DNA of 64,000 nt from a virus: IMG/VR virus record IMGVR_UViG_3300037851_000102, positions 46,389 through 110,388 of that record; one strand, written 5' to 3'. Numbering within the stretch: the stretch's first letter is position 1; each line of letters begins with the position of its first letter. The position numbers and the translations under genes are program-made. Of this stretch, positions 35,436 to 45,729 are shown piece by piece. The notes beneath the pieces are model-generated. The model did not search any database and had not been told where the DNA came from. It saw only the letters and a program-made list of their open reading frames with translations.

Positions 35436-36896
35436 ATGTATCCAATGCTTGACGTAAAACAATTCGAGCAGCATGGCGAAGGGTTCGGACTTTCAGATGC
35501 TCAGACCGTTGCCGACTTGAACAAGGCATTGACAGCGGGCTACGCTGTTGACCCTGGAACTCAGTCGAACGGCGGCGCACTGCGAGTTGAGAGCTTAGAC
35601 TCCACGCTAAAAATCGTGTCGTTCATGGAGAAAAATATCATTTTCTACAACGACATTCCAAAAACCAAAGCCTACAACACTGTCGAAGAGTACAACCTAC
35701 TCTCAAAATACGGCGGTCGTGGTGGGTTCTTCATCGATGAAGGCGGATTGCCTCGTACTGAAGACAGCCAATATCAACGTAAGGCAGCTTTCGTGAAGTT
35801 CATGGGAACTACTCGCGAAATCTCTCACCCTATGTTGTTGGTTCGTCCTGCTCATGGCAACGTCGTTGCTCTTGAGACTAAAAACGGTGCGAAGTGGATG
35901 CTTCAGCGAATGGAAGAAAGTCTGTTCGGTGCAGATTCATCGATCATTTCTCAGTCTTTCGACGGCTTGAAAAAGCAGTTGTTGACTGGATACGCAGATC
36001 CTACGACTGCGGGTGATGGTCGTCCTTCAGTGTCGAATGAACACGTTATCGATCTTCGCGGCCAAGTGTTGAGCGAAGCTGTATTCGAGGAGATTTCTCG
36101 AATCCTGCAAGATAACTATATGTATCCAACACACTGTTATCTGAACAACACCAACCACAGTGATTTCTCGAAATCGTTCTTCTCAAAAGGACGCTATCAG
36201 ATTCCTGTTGGTGCTGACGCTTCTGTTGGCTTTGTCGTTGACAAAGTTAAGACTGGCGCAGGCGTAGTTCAGTTACGTCCAGACGTATTCTTGCGAGTGA
36301 ACCAAACTGCTCCTGCTTCTGCGGACAATGCTGCGGCTCCAACCGCTCCTGCATCTGTTGGCGTTGCTGTTGGTGCGGTTTCTACTTCTCGCGGTTTCAA
36401 AACTGGAGAGTACGCGACTTATGCTTATGAAGTTACTGCGATTTCAAAATCGGGTGAATCTGCGGCTACAGTCGGCGGTGCGAGTGCCATCGTTACTTCT
36501 GTGAACAACGAAGTTACTTTGACAATCAACCGTGGTGCCGTGTCTGGTAACGATCTCACAACTGGTTACAAAATCTATCGTACTCGTCAAGCTGACGGTG
36601 CGGCTGGAACCAAGTATCTTGTTGCTGAAATCGCTTCTGCGGGTGCCGTTACTACTTTCAAAGATGGTAACGAGAGCCTTCCTGGATATGGAACAGCGTT
36701 CATGGGTCAAATGGATGAATCGGTTCTTACTCTTCGCGAGTTGAGCCCGATGCTGAAATTCCCTCTGGCAACTGTGGCTTCAAGCATCCGTTGGATGCAG
36801 TTGTACTACAACGTGCCAATCGTGTTCCGTCCTCGTGGATGGGTCATCATCAAGAACATCGGTTTCTTGGAACAACCTAAGCTCGGCTTAGTGTAA
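35436..36896 (+). CDS. major capsid protein (Twort/SPO1/A511-like)
   Basis: LNK|ALTAGY..DP.TQ..GGALRVESLD N-terminus, FYNDIPK.KAYNTVEEY, E..LF.AD, IDLRG, FN3-like insert Y.VTA....GES. Confidence 0.92.
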   Translation: MYPMLDVKQFEQHGEGFGLSDAQTVADLNKALTAGYAVDPGTQSNGGALRVESLDSTLKIVSFMEKNIIFYNDIPKTKAYNTVEEYNLLSKYGGRGGFFIDEGGLPRTEDSQYQRKAAFVKFMGTTREISHPMLLVRPAHGNVVALETKNGAKWMLQRMEESLFGADSSIISQSFDGLKKQLLTGYADPTTAGDGRPSVSNEHVIDLRGQVLSEAVFEEISRILQDNYMYPTHCYLNNTNHSDFSKSFFSKGRYQIPVGADASVGFVVDKVKTGAGVVQLRPDVFLRVNQTAPASADNAAAPTAPASVGVAVGAVSTSRGFKTGEYATYAYEVTAISKSGESAATVGGASAIVTSVNNEVTLTINRGAVSGNDLTTGYKIYRTRQADGAAGTKYLVAEIASAGAVTTFKDGNESLPGYGTAFMGQMDESVLTLRELSPMLKFPLATVASSIRWMQLYYNVPIVFRPRGWVIIKNIGFLEQPKLGLV

Positions 36897-36912
36897 TCTG
36901 AAATTTTGGACG

Positions 36913-36942
36913 GGGGAGCCTAAAGCTCCCCTGTACTTTCTT
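36913..36942 (+). terminator. putative intrinsic terminator after MCP
   Basis: GGGGAGC-ctaaa-GCTCCCC followed by a weak T-rich tract. Confidence 0.55.
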
Positions 36943-36968
36943 ATTGAATTAGATTGAAAGGGGTTAAG

Positions 36969-37262
36969 ATGATTCTCGTTAATGAAAAAATGCCGAATAT
37001 GAAGTTCGCTCTCGGCAAAGAAGTTGTGTCCACAGATGAAAAAGGACAAATCGAAATTTCTGATAAGGATGCAATCGAATCTTTGAAAGCATCTGGATTT
37101 GTCGAAACGAAGACACGATTCAAATCTGCAAAAAAAGAAGAGGCTCCTGCGCCTGAGTCAGAAGTGGCTCCAGAGACGGCACCTGTAATGGAAGCAGAAG
37201 TTGAAGCAGAAGAGGCGAAAAAAGAAGAAGAGCCGTTCTATAAGAAAAATAAAAAGAGGTAA
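36969..37262 (+). CDS. hypothetical protein
   Basis: AAGGGG RBS. Confidence 0.6.
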   Translation: MILVNEKMPNMKFALGKEVVSTDEKGQIEISDKDAIESLKASGFVETKTRFKSAKKEEAPAPESEVAPETAPVMEAEVEAEEAKKEEEPFYKKNKKR

Positions 37263-37265
37263 TTT

Positions 37266-37673
37266 ATGGTTCAAGAGTGGACACCTGAAACAAAGCCCTT
37301 TAGTCAGGGCGAAGTTGATTACGCCGAACATTCTGCTTTTGCGAAAGCGAAGAAGGTTATCGATGGCCCTCTGAACATTCCGCAACATGAGTCTGTGGCT
37401 GGCCGTCAAGCGGCAGCGATCCACAAGGCGATGGCTGGAGCAATTACTGTTGGAAGCGCCGATGGATTGAAGCAAGGCAAAGCATATCGAATGATATCGA
37501 ATATCGCCTTTCACTTTGTCCAAGCGGCTGAAGAGTTCGCTGGCCCTGCAACAGTCAGTGACACATACGTTCCAGCAAATACTCCTGTTGTAATCCAAAT
37601 GATTCAGTATGATCGCGTTTACGCGATTCCAAATTCTGGATCAGGATTTTTACAACTGGTTGAGGTGCGATAA
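37266..37673 (+). CDS. hypothetical (possibly virion) protein
   Basis: GAGG RBS. Confidence 0.6.
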   Translation: MVQEWTPETKPFSQGEVDYAEHSAFAKAKKVIDGPLNIPQHESVAGRQAAAIHKAMAGAITVGSADGLKQGKAYRMISNIAFHFVQAAEEFAGPATVSDTYVPANTPVVIQMIQYDRVYAIPNSGSGFLQLVEVR

Positions 37674-38152
37674 TGTTTGAAACGGGCAATTCTCTTGCGA
37701 AAAGGCACGGCATGGCTGGCAAGCCAATATACGTCGTGTGGCAGAGGATGAAAGAGCGTTGCCTGAAATCAGATCACAAAGACTTCAAAAATTATGGCGG
37801 CAGAGGCATTCAGCTTTGCAAAGAGTGGAACTCTTTTGTTCCGTTTTTTGAATGGGCAAAGGCCGCTGGATACGAGCGCGGATTGACATTGGATCGAATA
37901 GACAATGATGGAGACTATTCTCCATCCAACTGTCGTTGGGTCACAAAAGCTGAAAACAATAAGAATAAAAGAAAAAGAATGATTAAGGTTGGCGGATTGA
38001 GCGGTGACTATCAGTTTTGGGCAAAAAGACTTGGATGTGATCCAAGAAGGATTTCTCTTAGAATATCTTCTGGATGGAGTCCCGAAAGAGCCGTGACTCA
38101 ACCAGTTCTGCCTGTCGGGAAGGGTAAAACTTATGAGTCTTCCTTTATTTGA
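37673..38152 (+). CDS. free-standing HNH homing endonuclease
   Basis: WQRMKERC...YGGRGI.LC.EW..F..F..W...GY...LTLDRIDNDGDYSPSNCRWVT...N. Confidence 0.88.
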   Translation: MFETGNSLAKRHGMAGKPIYVVWQRMKERCLKSDHKDFKNYGGRGIQLCKEWNSFVPFFEWAKAAGYERGLTLDRIDNDGDYSPSNCRWVTKAENNKNKRKRMIKVGGLSGDYQFWAKRLGCDPRRISLRISSGWSPERAVTQPVLPVGKGKTYESSFI

Positions 38153-38363
38153 AACTGTTAACTACTTGTTCGCCGCTTATTTGCAAACCAATGAAGGCGG
38201 CAGACACAAGGTCGTGAAAGTCGAAAAGCTCAGACCTGGCAAGGCAAAGTTCTTTTTTGAACTGACACCTGAGCAGGCTGAGGATCTTCAATTCAAATTC
38301 CATCAATCAATTTGTTTGGAGTTTGAGCAGAAGCGAAGAGCGACAATGGATTTAGCATACTAA
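38133..38363 (+). CDS. hypothetical protein (DUF5659-like)
   Basis: FETVNYLFAAYL...GKAKFFF. Confidence 0.5.
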   Translation: MSLPLFETVNYLFAAYLQTNEGGRHKVVKVEKLRPGKAKFFFELTPEQAEDLQFKFHQSICLEFEQKRRATMDLAY

Positions 38364-38375
38364 AAGGGGGAGACA

Positions 38376-38495
38376 GTGCTTGAGGCTTTAGTCGTGGAGA
38401 ATGATATGATTGAAGCCGTCGCAGTCGAATCCGATAGCGTAGAGGCAATCGCCAGCGAGAACTCTCGCTTAGAAGCTATCGTCGAGGAGATCTGA
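38376..38495 (+). CDS. 39-aa acidic peptide with 10-residue periodicity
   Basis: AGGGGGAG RBS, GTG start, stop abuts next ATG; LEALVVENDM/IEAVAVESDS/VEAIASENSR/LEAIVEEI. Confidence 0.6.
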   Translation: MLEALVVENDMIEAVAVESDSVEAIASENSRLEAIVEEI

Positions 38496-39185
38496 ATGGG
38501 CTGTTTCTCAAGATATTTTGAATTTTACGCAAATGAGTCCAAGCGACTCGAACTTCAAGTAAATGTTGATAAGAACGACTGCAAAGAGCCAATCGGCATG
38601 GTTGTGCCTTTGGCATCTGCATCTTTGATCGTTCAAGATTTGACCTACACTGCGCTCTTAAAGCGTGGTGATACTGGCAATCTGATCGCAATCGAATATG
38701 TCGGCGGTGGAACCGCAGGCAGCGAAGTCGTCACTCTTTCTGGAACTCTTGTTCATGTCGGCCAAGGTGTTCACATCGGATCAAAGATCACGGTGCAAAT
38801 CGAAGCTGGAGTTTCAACTGCAACGCAAATCAAAGCGAAGATTGATGCGAACGCTGATATCGCCAAACTTTTGACTGTTGCGGTTTCAGGGGTTGGATCG
38901 AACGCGCAAATCGTTGCAGCATTGCAATCGTTGAGCGGCGGCACTGGAACTCAAGTTGAAATCGAACTTCCTGCTTCTCCAGATAATTTGTTTGTCGATC
39001 AGGGGACATCTCCACAGGTTGTGATTGATGATGCTCCGTTATCAAAAATTCATGTTGATCTCACAAGTGTTGAAACTTCTCAAATGGTTGACGGTGCGAT
39101 CATCGTGCGAGTTACAAAGCAGGGCAAAATGAGTCTTGCTGTTGTAGAAGGTGGATCGAAAAAATTAACGATCCCGAATTGTTGA
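38496..39185 (+). CDS. virion structural protein with sheath-like insertion domain
   Basis: LTYTA...GNLIAIEY...ITVQI....STATQIKAKI...LSGG. Confidence 0.55.
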   Translation: MGCFSRYFEFYANESKRLELQVNVDKNDCKEPIGMVVPLASASLIVQDLTYTALLKRGDTGNLIAIEYVGGGTAGSEVVTLSGTLVHVGQGVHIGSKITVQIEAGVSTATQIKAKIDANADIAKLLTVAVSGVGSNAQIVAALQSLSGGTGTQVEIELPASPDNLFVDQGTSPQVVIDDAPLSKIHVDLTSVETSQMVDGAIIVRVTKQGKMSLAVVEGGSKKLTIPNC

Positions 39186-39192
39186 GGTATGA

Positions 39193-39978
39193 ATGACAGC
39201 AACGCCAGCGTACAACAAGAGGCCATATTCTAAGAATCTGATTATCACTCCTCAAGAGCTTAAAGATATTTTTCTTTTTGGCGTGGATTTGACCAATGAT
39301 GATGGTGATCCATATCCAGAGGAGATGTTTGAATTTTATATTTTATCCGCGCAACAGTGGCTTGAAACCCAAATGGGCGGACTCATGCTTTGTGAAAAGA
39401 AGATTGAGGCCGAAGTTCACGATTACTGGATTGCGGATTATATGTCGTACAGCTTTATCAAGCTGTTTCGATATCCCGTTCAAAGTGTTGAGAAGGTCGA
39501 GATCCAATTCCCGCTCGCGCAAAATGTTTTGCAATTTGATCCCGCATGGTATCGGGCTGAGAGTGTGAATGGAATTGTAAATCTCGTTCCAACTCAGGGG
39601 ACTTTTTCTTCGATTCTGCTTTCTCAAGGCGGCAATTTCTTGCCACTTCTTTATCAAGGTCTTTCATACGTTCCATCGCTCTTTCGAGTGACGTACACGG
39701 CTGGATTTAAGAAAGACGAAATTCCTGTGCAGTTGAAAGAGATCGTCGGCATGAAGGCGGCAATGGGCCCACTCAACATCGCGGGTGACTTGATCGCGGG
39801 CGCTGGTATCGCAACGAAGTCAATCGGCTTGGATGGATTGAGCCAATCTATTTCAACGACATCTTCTGCGACCAACGCTGGTTATGGCGCAAGAATTTTA
39901 CAATACAATAAAGAAATCGAAGAAAGGATGAAGGGGCTCCGCGAATACTATGGCGGAATCAACTTCACTGTTGCATGA
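39193..39978 (+). CDS. head-tail adaptor/neck protein
   Basis: LFGVDL, LFRYPVQSVE, VTYTAGF, GAGIA.KSIGLDGLSQSI.TT.SA..AGYGARI. Confidence 0.8.
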   Translation: MTATPAYNKRPYSKNLIITPQELKDIFLFGVDLTNDDGDPYPEEMFEFYILSAQQWLETQMGGLMLCEKKIEAEVHDYWIADYMSYSFIKLFRYPVQSVEKVEIQFPLAQNVLQFDPAWYRAESVNGIVNLVPTQGTFSSILLSQGGNFLPLLYQGLSYVPSLFRVTYTAGFKKDEIPVQLKEIVGMKAAMGPLNIAGDLIAGAGIATKSIGLDGLSQSISTTSSATNAGYGARILQYNKEIEERMKGLREYYGGINFTVA

Positions 39979-40751
39979 GTGATTCGATACCTATCAAACC
40001 AGCTTCAGATGTTACGAGACCGAAGCGAGCGGGCGCGAAGCCTGGACGTGTCGATCTTGTGCCCGAAGAGTTTGAAGCACTGATTGAAGATCAGGGCACA
40101 CTCGTTCGCATCACGCCTTCAATTCTTTGTCCAAACCGAACCTCTCTTGAAGACACGAATCACGTTCTTGATTGCCCAATTTGTTTTGGGACAGAGGTCG
40201 TGGATCTCGATGATAAGTGCATTGAAGATTGGGCATTTATTCAGGGAATCGATTTCGAGAAGATGCTCAACGTGCAGGGAATTTACGATCAGAAGGACGC
40301 TCGAATCACTGTAAAGCAGGGGATTCGCCTTTATTACTGGTACAAAATTGAAGTTATAGATTTCGCATCTGTTTACAATCAGCTTCTTAAAAGAGGCGGT
40401 GGAGAGCGAGATCGTCTTAGATATAAACCAACAGGGAATTGCGATACTCCCTATTATTGTATCGCCAAAGATGGAACGCAGTTCACTCTCAACGAAGATT
40501 ACAAGATCGTTGACGATAGATACATCAAATGGATTTCGGCCAAACGTCCACTTGCAGGAGAACTGTACTCTTTTGTTTATCCAATTCTGCCGACATTTCG
40601 TGTGATGGAGATGATGCACGAAAACCGATATTACTACACTGGTTTCAAACAAAAGGTGAAGACTCCAGTGAATCTTCCGCAACAAGCGCACATCCGTTGG
40701 GATTACGCCGCGAAGAGATCGGGAACGCAGATTGAGATAGAGAATGGCTGA
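39975..40751 (+). CDS. head completion/neck protein
   Basis: CP...CPICFG motif; neck-module position. Confidence 0.65.
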   Translation: MSDSIPIKPASDVTRPKRAGAKPGRVDLVPEEFEALIEDQGTLVRITPSILCPNRTSLEDTNHVLDCPICFGTEVVDLDDKCIEDWAFIQGIDFEKMLNVQGIYDQKDARITVKQGIRLYYWYKIEVIDFASVYNQLLKRGGGERDRLRYKPTGNCDTPYYCIAKDGTQFTLNEDYKIVDDRYIKWISAKRPLAGELYSFVYPILPTFRVMEMMHENRYYYTGFKQKVKTPVNLPQQAHIRWDYAAKRSGTQIEIENG

Positions 40752-41544
40752 TTTTTCACTTAAAGCAAAATTGACAGACATGGGTTACGACGTTGATGCC
40801 TTCGATCTCGGCATGGTGTCGGCTTTTGAAACTGGACTTGCTGGCATCGCCAAGGGTGCGCAGAATGAATGGATCAGGCTCGCTCAAGAGCGCCTTGGAA
40901 CTTCAAGAGAAATTTACATCAATGGATTGAGGCAGGCCGAGTCTTTCACGGTCAAGGGCTCTCCAACTTCTCCAATTTTTGAAATTCAACTCGTTGGGAA
41001 TATGCCAAACAACTTTGAGTTCGGCATGGCTTCATTTGACATGAAGTCGGTTCGTCCAGGCTGGCTTGGTGGAGCGAAGGCAAAGACCGCAGCGGATGGC
41101 TCCAAGTATGTCGTGATTCCGTTCAGGCATTCAACAGGCGATTCGGCTCGCATGGCGTACACGGGCAAAGCTGCCGCTGTCGATCCAAATCTGAAAGATC
41201 AGCTTCGCAAAGCCGTCAGAGATTACGGCCTTGATCGCATGGTTCGCACGGCCAGTGGCAAAGTTGTCGAAGGAGCGGTCTCAAGAATTCCGAATAAGGC
41301 TCCAGTGCATTCATATTTGAAGGGCATGGTGAGAACTCAAAAAGGCATGGATGGGACAACCAAAACAGGTCTTCAAAAGGGCTCATCGACGCTGACCACG
41401 TTTAGGGTGATGTCTGAAAAGAGCAGACCTGATTCGTGGATCCATCCAGGCCTTGATGCAGCGAACTTGCTTCCTGAAGTCGAATCGTGGGTGGACAATC
41501 AGCTTGGGAACATAATTGAAACAGTTTTATCAGGAGATTTTTGA
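40744..41544 (+). CDS. neck/tail completion protein
   Basis: YVVIPFRH, TFRVMSEKS.PDSWIHPG; position. Confidence 0.65.
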   Translation: MADFSLKAKLTDMGYDVDAFDLGMVSAFETGLAGIAKGAQNEWIRLAQERLGTSREIYINGLRQAESFTVKGSPTSPIFEIQLVGNMPNNFEFGMASFDMKSVRPGWLGGAKAKTAADGSKYVVIPFRHSTGDSARMAYTGKAAAVDPNLKDQLRKAVRDYGLDRMVRTASGKVVEGAVSRIPNKAPVHSYLKGMVRTQKGMDGTTKTGLQKGSSTLTTFRVMSEKSRPDSWIHPGLDAANLLPEVESWVDNQLGNIIETVLSGDF

Positions 41545-42347
41545 TGCAAACTTTAGGAGCAGGTGCATATCAGTATCCACCGCCAGAATTTAAGGAAGAT
41601 CAGCACTTCGGGCTTCATCCTGTCGATTTCATTTTGGAGTCAATCCTTCGCGGCGGCCTTGAATGGTTTCGCACGACAGAGGGTGCTGGCAAGCGAGTTT
41701 TTGGTCACTTGGAAGATCCGTGGCTTTCAAAATACGGTGAAGCCAAGATCATTGAGATCACGAATTTCATCAAGAAGTACGAGATCAAGATTGTTCAGCA
41801 TTTTGCTCTTATCGATGCCACTTATCCAACCATTTCGATCCAGCTTCTTGATGGCTCAGAGATGACCGAGAGGGCTGGACTTGCAGATTTCAGGACTCAG
41901 ATCGACGTGCTGGATGCTGACAACATGGTGAAAGGAAGAACTGAGGTCGGTTACGCTCCAGTCTTCGACAACATTCAAATCGGCATTCATAACTCGAACA
42001 CGCCAGACCTGACAAAATACCTGTACTATTTGACCATTTACATTTTAAGCGCATTTAAGCCAGAGATGGAGCGCAGAGGTCTTCACCTTGGAACCTTCAG
42101 GGCAACAGATCTCTCGCGAATGAACGAGTTTCTCCCATCCAATATCTATTCGCGTTTTATCAATTTCTCTATTTTTACAATCGCATCGTTCGACAAAGGC
42201 ATGGTGCCAATAGTCGAGCAAATCATTGGCGCATCGTATCCAAGTTCTTCTTTAGGTGGAGAGGCGGTCGAATCGTCCGATAATGCGATTGAGAACGTAG
42301 AAACTGGATTGAGATTAAGCGATACGAATCAATCGAGTGGAGGTTAA
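41544..42347 (+). CDS. tail terminator/completion protein
   Basis: PTISIQL...E motif; position before sheath. Confidence 0.55.
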   Translation: MQTLGAGAYQYPPPEFKEDQHFGLHPVDFILESILRGGLEWFRTTEGAGKRVFGHLEDPWLSKYGEAKIIEITNFIKKYEIKIVQHFALIDATYPTISIQLLDGSEMTERAGLADFRTQIDVLDADNMVKGRTEVGYAPVFDNIQIGIHNSNTPDLTKYLYYLTIYILSAFKPEMERRGLHLGTFRATDLSRMNEFLPSNIYSRFINFSIFTIASFDKGMVPIVEQIIGASYPSSSLGGEAVESSDNAIENVETGLRLSDTNQSSGG

Positions 42348-42349
42348 GT

Positions 42350-42676
42350 ATGGCTGAAGATAAAGAAAAGGCTCGATTTGGACGGAAGGAAGTGCGTGAA
42401 GAACGTGCTGAACCCGTTGCAGAGTCAAGCTGGCTTGAAAAGAAGATCAAAGCGATCAACGAATCGGCCATGCCTGAAGCTCAAAAGAAAGCCTTGCTGA
42501 AAGAGATTGGGGCGATCCACGATGAATCTGCGGATGGTAAAATTCCGTTCAACGTGTACGCCAGAATAAGAAAAATCGAGATTGGTCGGCAAAAGGCAAT
42601 GATGGCCTATCCGAAAGCAAGGCTTAAAAACATGAACTCACTCGAAGAGTGGGATCAAATCTTTAAAGAATTTTAA
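42350..42676 (+). CDS. hypothetical protein
   Basis: GGAGG RBS; small gene before sheath. Confidence 0.6.
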   Translation: MAEDKEKARFGRKEVREERAEPVAESSWLEKKIKAINESAMPEAQKKALLKEIGAIHDESADGKIPFNVYARIRKIEIGRQKAMMAYPKARLKNMNSLEEWDQIFKEF

Positions 42677-42686
42677 GGGGGATTAA

Positions 42687-44819
42687 ATGGCAATTAAGCG
42701 CACATTCAATGGAGCGACGATTATCAAGCCAGGTGCGTACTCGAAAATCGTCGTCGAGAATCTTACTGGCTTCCCTCTACAGCCCACAGGTGTCGTTGGC
42801 ATCGTTGGTGAAGCTGTAGGTGGAGAACCGCACGTTTTGGATTTCTTGAGCAAAGAAGGCATTCAAGATGCCAAGGCTCGATATAAAGAAGGCCCAATCG
42901 CAGATGCTCTTGAGCTTCTTGCGAATCCTTCTTTCGATCCACGAATTCCAAACGGCGCAAGTCAAATCGTTGTTTACAAGACCAATGCAGGCACACAATC
43001 TGCGCGGGCTCTTGCAAACGACCACGGCACACCCGTAACGGCTTTGAATCTAACCTCAAAGAATTGGGGCGATGATGAGAACCAGTTATCGGTCGCTGTA
43101 AACGCTGGAGCAATCTTGGATGCACACGCATTCATTGGTGGATCTGTAGCAGGCCCGTACACACTGGCTGGCGCAGAGACTCTGATCGTGATTGCAAATG
43201 GCGTTTCTTATACGTTCACGAATACTCTGACAGGTTCAACAACCGCTGCGGCTTTAATCGCAGAGTTGAACACTCCTGCACGATGGGCTCCTTCTAAGCC
43301 TGTGATCGCTGCCGCTCACAACACAACTGCAATCAAGATCACTCTTGATCCAACAGTTGTTACTGGCGGTCAATACGATTACGGATGCTTGAAGATCAAT
43401 GCAGCATCGACCATCGACACAATCGTAGGTATCACTGGCGAAGCTCGCGGTGTGAAAGGTTCTCGAATCTTCACATTCACAAAGGGCACGTTCAGCGAAA
43501 CTTCGTTGGATCTTGGCGGTGTGAAAGAGCTTCAAGTGAAGTATGTTGGAGCGGGAACTGCGGCGACCTTAGACATCCAAGATGTTTCAGGCGAAAAAGT
43601 TCTTTCAACAGTAATCACTGGAACTCCAGCGGACAACTTGAGCATCGTTCTTGTGGACGACCAAGGTCGAAACAAGTACACGATGAAAGCTCTCGCAGAT
43701 CTTATCAACTCTCACGCAGCATACGAAGCAAGCGCAGTTGGGCCGAACCCACTCGCAAATGCTGGTTTGCTTGATTACGTTGATGATCTTGAGATCATGA
43801 CTGTCGCTGCGACAATCACCAAAGATATGTATGAAATCGAAAGCTACATCAACACGTTCACAACTCTTGCGAACGCTGCGAAGGTGTCAAACGTAGAGCG
43901 CGGTCTTGCGATTGTTGCAAGTCCAGTGTTCTTCTCTGGCGGTTCAGATGGAGTGAGTGCGAACAGCGATTTCGCGGATGGATTTGAGGCTTTCAAAGAA
44001 GCTCGAATCAACGTGGTTGTTCCATTGATTTCAAAAGATATCGGTGCATTGACTATCGATTCGATCAACGCTCTTGCCGCTTCACACGCAGCATGGGGCT
44101 GGTCAACGACTGGTAAGAGTGAGCGAGCAGGATTTATTTCAATCGAAGGCTCTAAGACAGCGTTCAAGGATGCTGCGAAGGCCATCAATTCTGGATACGT
44201 TTCAATCGTCGGCCAACAGGTTCGAGTTCTTGATAAGTTCGGGAATTTGAACTGGAAGGATCCTTGGGCTCTTGCTTGTATCCTTGCGGGTATGAGAGCG
44301 GGTGCTGAGGTTGGTGAACCTTTGACGAGCAAGACCATCAACGTGAACGATGTTCGCGTGACAGATGGATCTTGGCAGCCTCGTAAAGATTACGCCGAGA
44401 TGATCGAAGCTGGATGTACGATTGTTGAGCCTCTGGACACTGGCGGATTCCGCTGCGTTCTTGGCAACACGACGTATGTTACCGATGGCAGTTTCGTGTG
44501 GAACCGAGAATCAGTTGTTCAAGCGGCAGGCTATGTGGCCTACGACCTTCGATTCAACTTGGATCTTCAGTTCACAGGAAGCAAGGCAAGGACTGGAACC
44601 GCAGAAGCAATTGCGAACTTCGTTAAGAATCGCATGAGCTTGTATCTTGATGCAGACATCATCGTTGGAGACGACGACAATGAAGGTATCGGTTACAAAA
44701 ACTTGAGCGTGGTCGTTCAAGGGAATACGGCTCTAATCAATGTGTCGATCACTCCTGTTCAGGGAATCGACTTTATCTTGCCAACAATCTATCTCGCCGA
44801 CATTAGGCAGAGTGCATAA
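42687..44819 (+). CDS. tail sheath protein
   Basis: IIKPGAYS, VGIVGEA.GG, FSGGSDG, GEPLTSK, C-terminal ITPVQGIDFI. Confidence 0.93.
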   Translation: MAIKRTFNGATIIKPGAYSKIVVENLTGFPLQPTGVVGIVGEAVGGEPHVLDFLSKEGIQDAKARYKEGPIADALELLANPSFDPRIPNGASQIVVYKTNAGTQSARALANDHGTPVTALNLTSKNWGDDENQLSVAVNAGAILDAHAFIGGSVAGPYTLAGAETLIVIANGVSYTFTNTLTGSTTAAALIAELNTPARWAPSKPVIAAAHNTTAIKITLDPTVVTGGQYDYGCLKINAASTIDTIVGITGEARGVKGSRIFTFTKGTFSETSLDLGGVKELQVKYVGAGTAATLDIQDVSGEKVLSTVITGTPADNLSIVLVDDQGRNKYTMKALADLINSHAAYEASAVGPNPLANAGLLDYVDDLEIMTVAATITKDMYEIESYINTFTTLANAAKVSNVERGLAIVASPVFFSGGSDGVSANSDFADGFEAFKEARINVVVPLISKDIGALTIDSINALAASHAAWGWSTTGKSERAGFISIEGSKTAFKDAAKAINSGYVSIVGQQVRVLDKFGNLNWKDPWALACILAGMRAGAEVGEPLTSKTINVNDVRVTDGSWQPRKDYAEMIEAGCTIVEPLDTGGFRCVLGNTTYVTDGSFVWNRESVVQAAGYVAYDLRFNLDLQFTGSKARTGTAEAIANFVKNRMSLYLDADIIVGDDDNEGIGYKNLSVVVQGNTALINVSITPVQGIDFILPTIYLADIRQSA

Positions 44820-44832
44820 GGAGAGGTGAACT

Positions 44833-45246
44833 ATGTCACAAGTAATGACAGGTGCGAAGGCGATCTTCAGATTGAACGGCAATCAAGTCGCATTCGCTTC
44901 CAGTGTAACGTACAACGAGAACATTCAACTTGAAGAAGTGAATGTCCTCGACAATTTGGCAGTCGTAGAACACGCAGAGGTAGGATATCGAGTTGATATG
45001 TCCTGCCAAAACTTCCGCGTGGCGAATCAATCGGTCAAACAGCTTGGCATTATGTCCAAGCTCAATGCGATCCTCACTCAAGGTGAGTTGACCGCAGAGA
45101 TCATTGATCGCACGACCAACGCAGTTATCCTTCTCATGGAAGGTGTCAAACTTGAGAGTCGTCAGACTTCAGTTGATGCCCGTGGGATCATGACTGAAAC
45201 GTGGTCGTTCAAGGGACGCAAGTCCTCAGATGAAGCTGGTCAATAA
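44833..45246 (+). CDS. tail tube protein
   Basis: 137 aa beta-rich protein directly after sheath; TGAKA..RLNG, VEH.EVGY. Confidence 0.85.
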   Translation: MSQVMTGAKAIFRLNGNQVAFASSVTYNENIQLEEVNVLDNLAVVEHAEVGYRVDMSCQNFRVANQSVKQLGIMSKLNAILTQGELTAEIIDRTTNAVILLMEGVKLESRQTSVDARGIMTETWSFKGRKSSDEAGQ

Positions 45247-45251
45247 CGACC

Positions 45252-45269
45252 AACTTCTACGTCGAAGTT
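45252..45269. repeat. intergenic quasi-palindrome AACTTCTACGTCGAAGTT
   Basis: self-complementary except one base pair; between tube and chaperone genes. Confidence 0.6.
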
Positions 45270-45303
45270 TGAATTTGTAGTGAAATTAAGAGGTTAGGTT
45301 GAC

Positions 45304-45729
45304 ATGAAAAAAGAATATAAACTCCCCAACATGGAACACAAATTCCATGTTGAGGTTACAGGTGAAGAATCCAAAATCGTGTGGGTCGGTGACTTTTTGT
45401 ATCGCCGACCTACGCTTCGTGAACGAGCCATGTCCGATGTTATGCGAGCCCGATTAAACGGCGACTTGATGACAATCGATGAGGACATCCGAGCATACAA
45501 TGAGGCCATCTCATTCTTGCGATTCACTCTCAAAGAATACCCTGATTGGTGGAAGGACACTGATTTCGGGGCGAATATGTACGATGCGAACGTCGTTATC
45601 GAAGTTCACAACAAGTGCATGGAATTTGAGGCGAAGTGGCGTGAGAAGGTTTATGGCGGCAAGCCAGAGGATGTAAAGGATGGCTCAGTACAAGGGGCTG
45701 AATTGGCTTCTCAGGGACAAGAGCCTTGA
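45304..45729 (+). CDS. tail assembly chaperone
   Basis: GDF.YRRPTL, PDWW; position between tube and TMP. Confidence 0.7.
   Translation: MKKEYKLPNMEHKFHVEVTGEESKIVWVGDFLYRRPTLRERAMSDVMRARLNGDLMTIDEDIRAYNEAISFLRFTLKEYPDWWKDTDFGANMYDANVVIEVHNKCMEFEAKWREKVYGGKPEDVKDGSVQGAELASQGQEP

Noticed and set aside
45640-45729. Programmed -1 frameshift between the tail chaperone genes
   Set aside because: The second ORF is +1 relative to the first, has its own SD-like sequence and ATG (45680), and no XXXYYYZ slippery site was evident.
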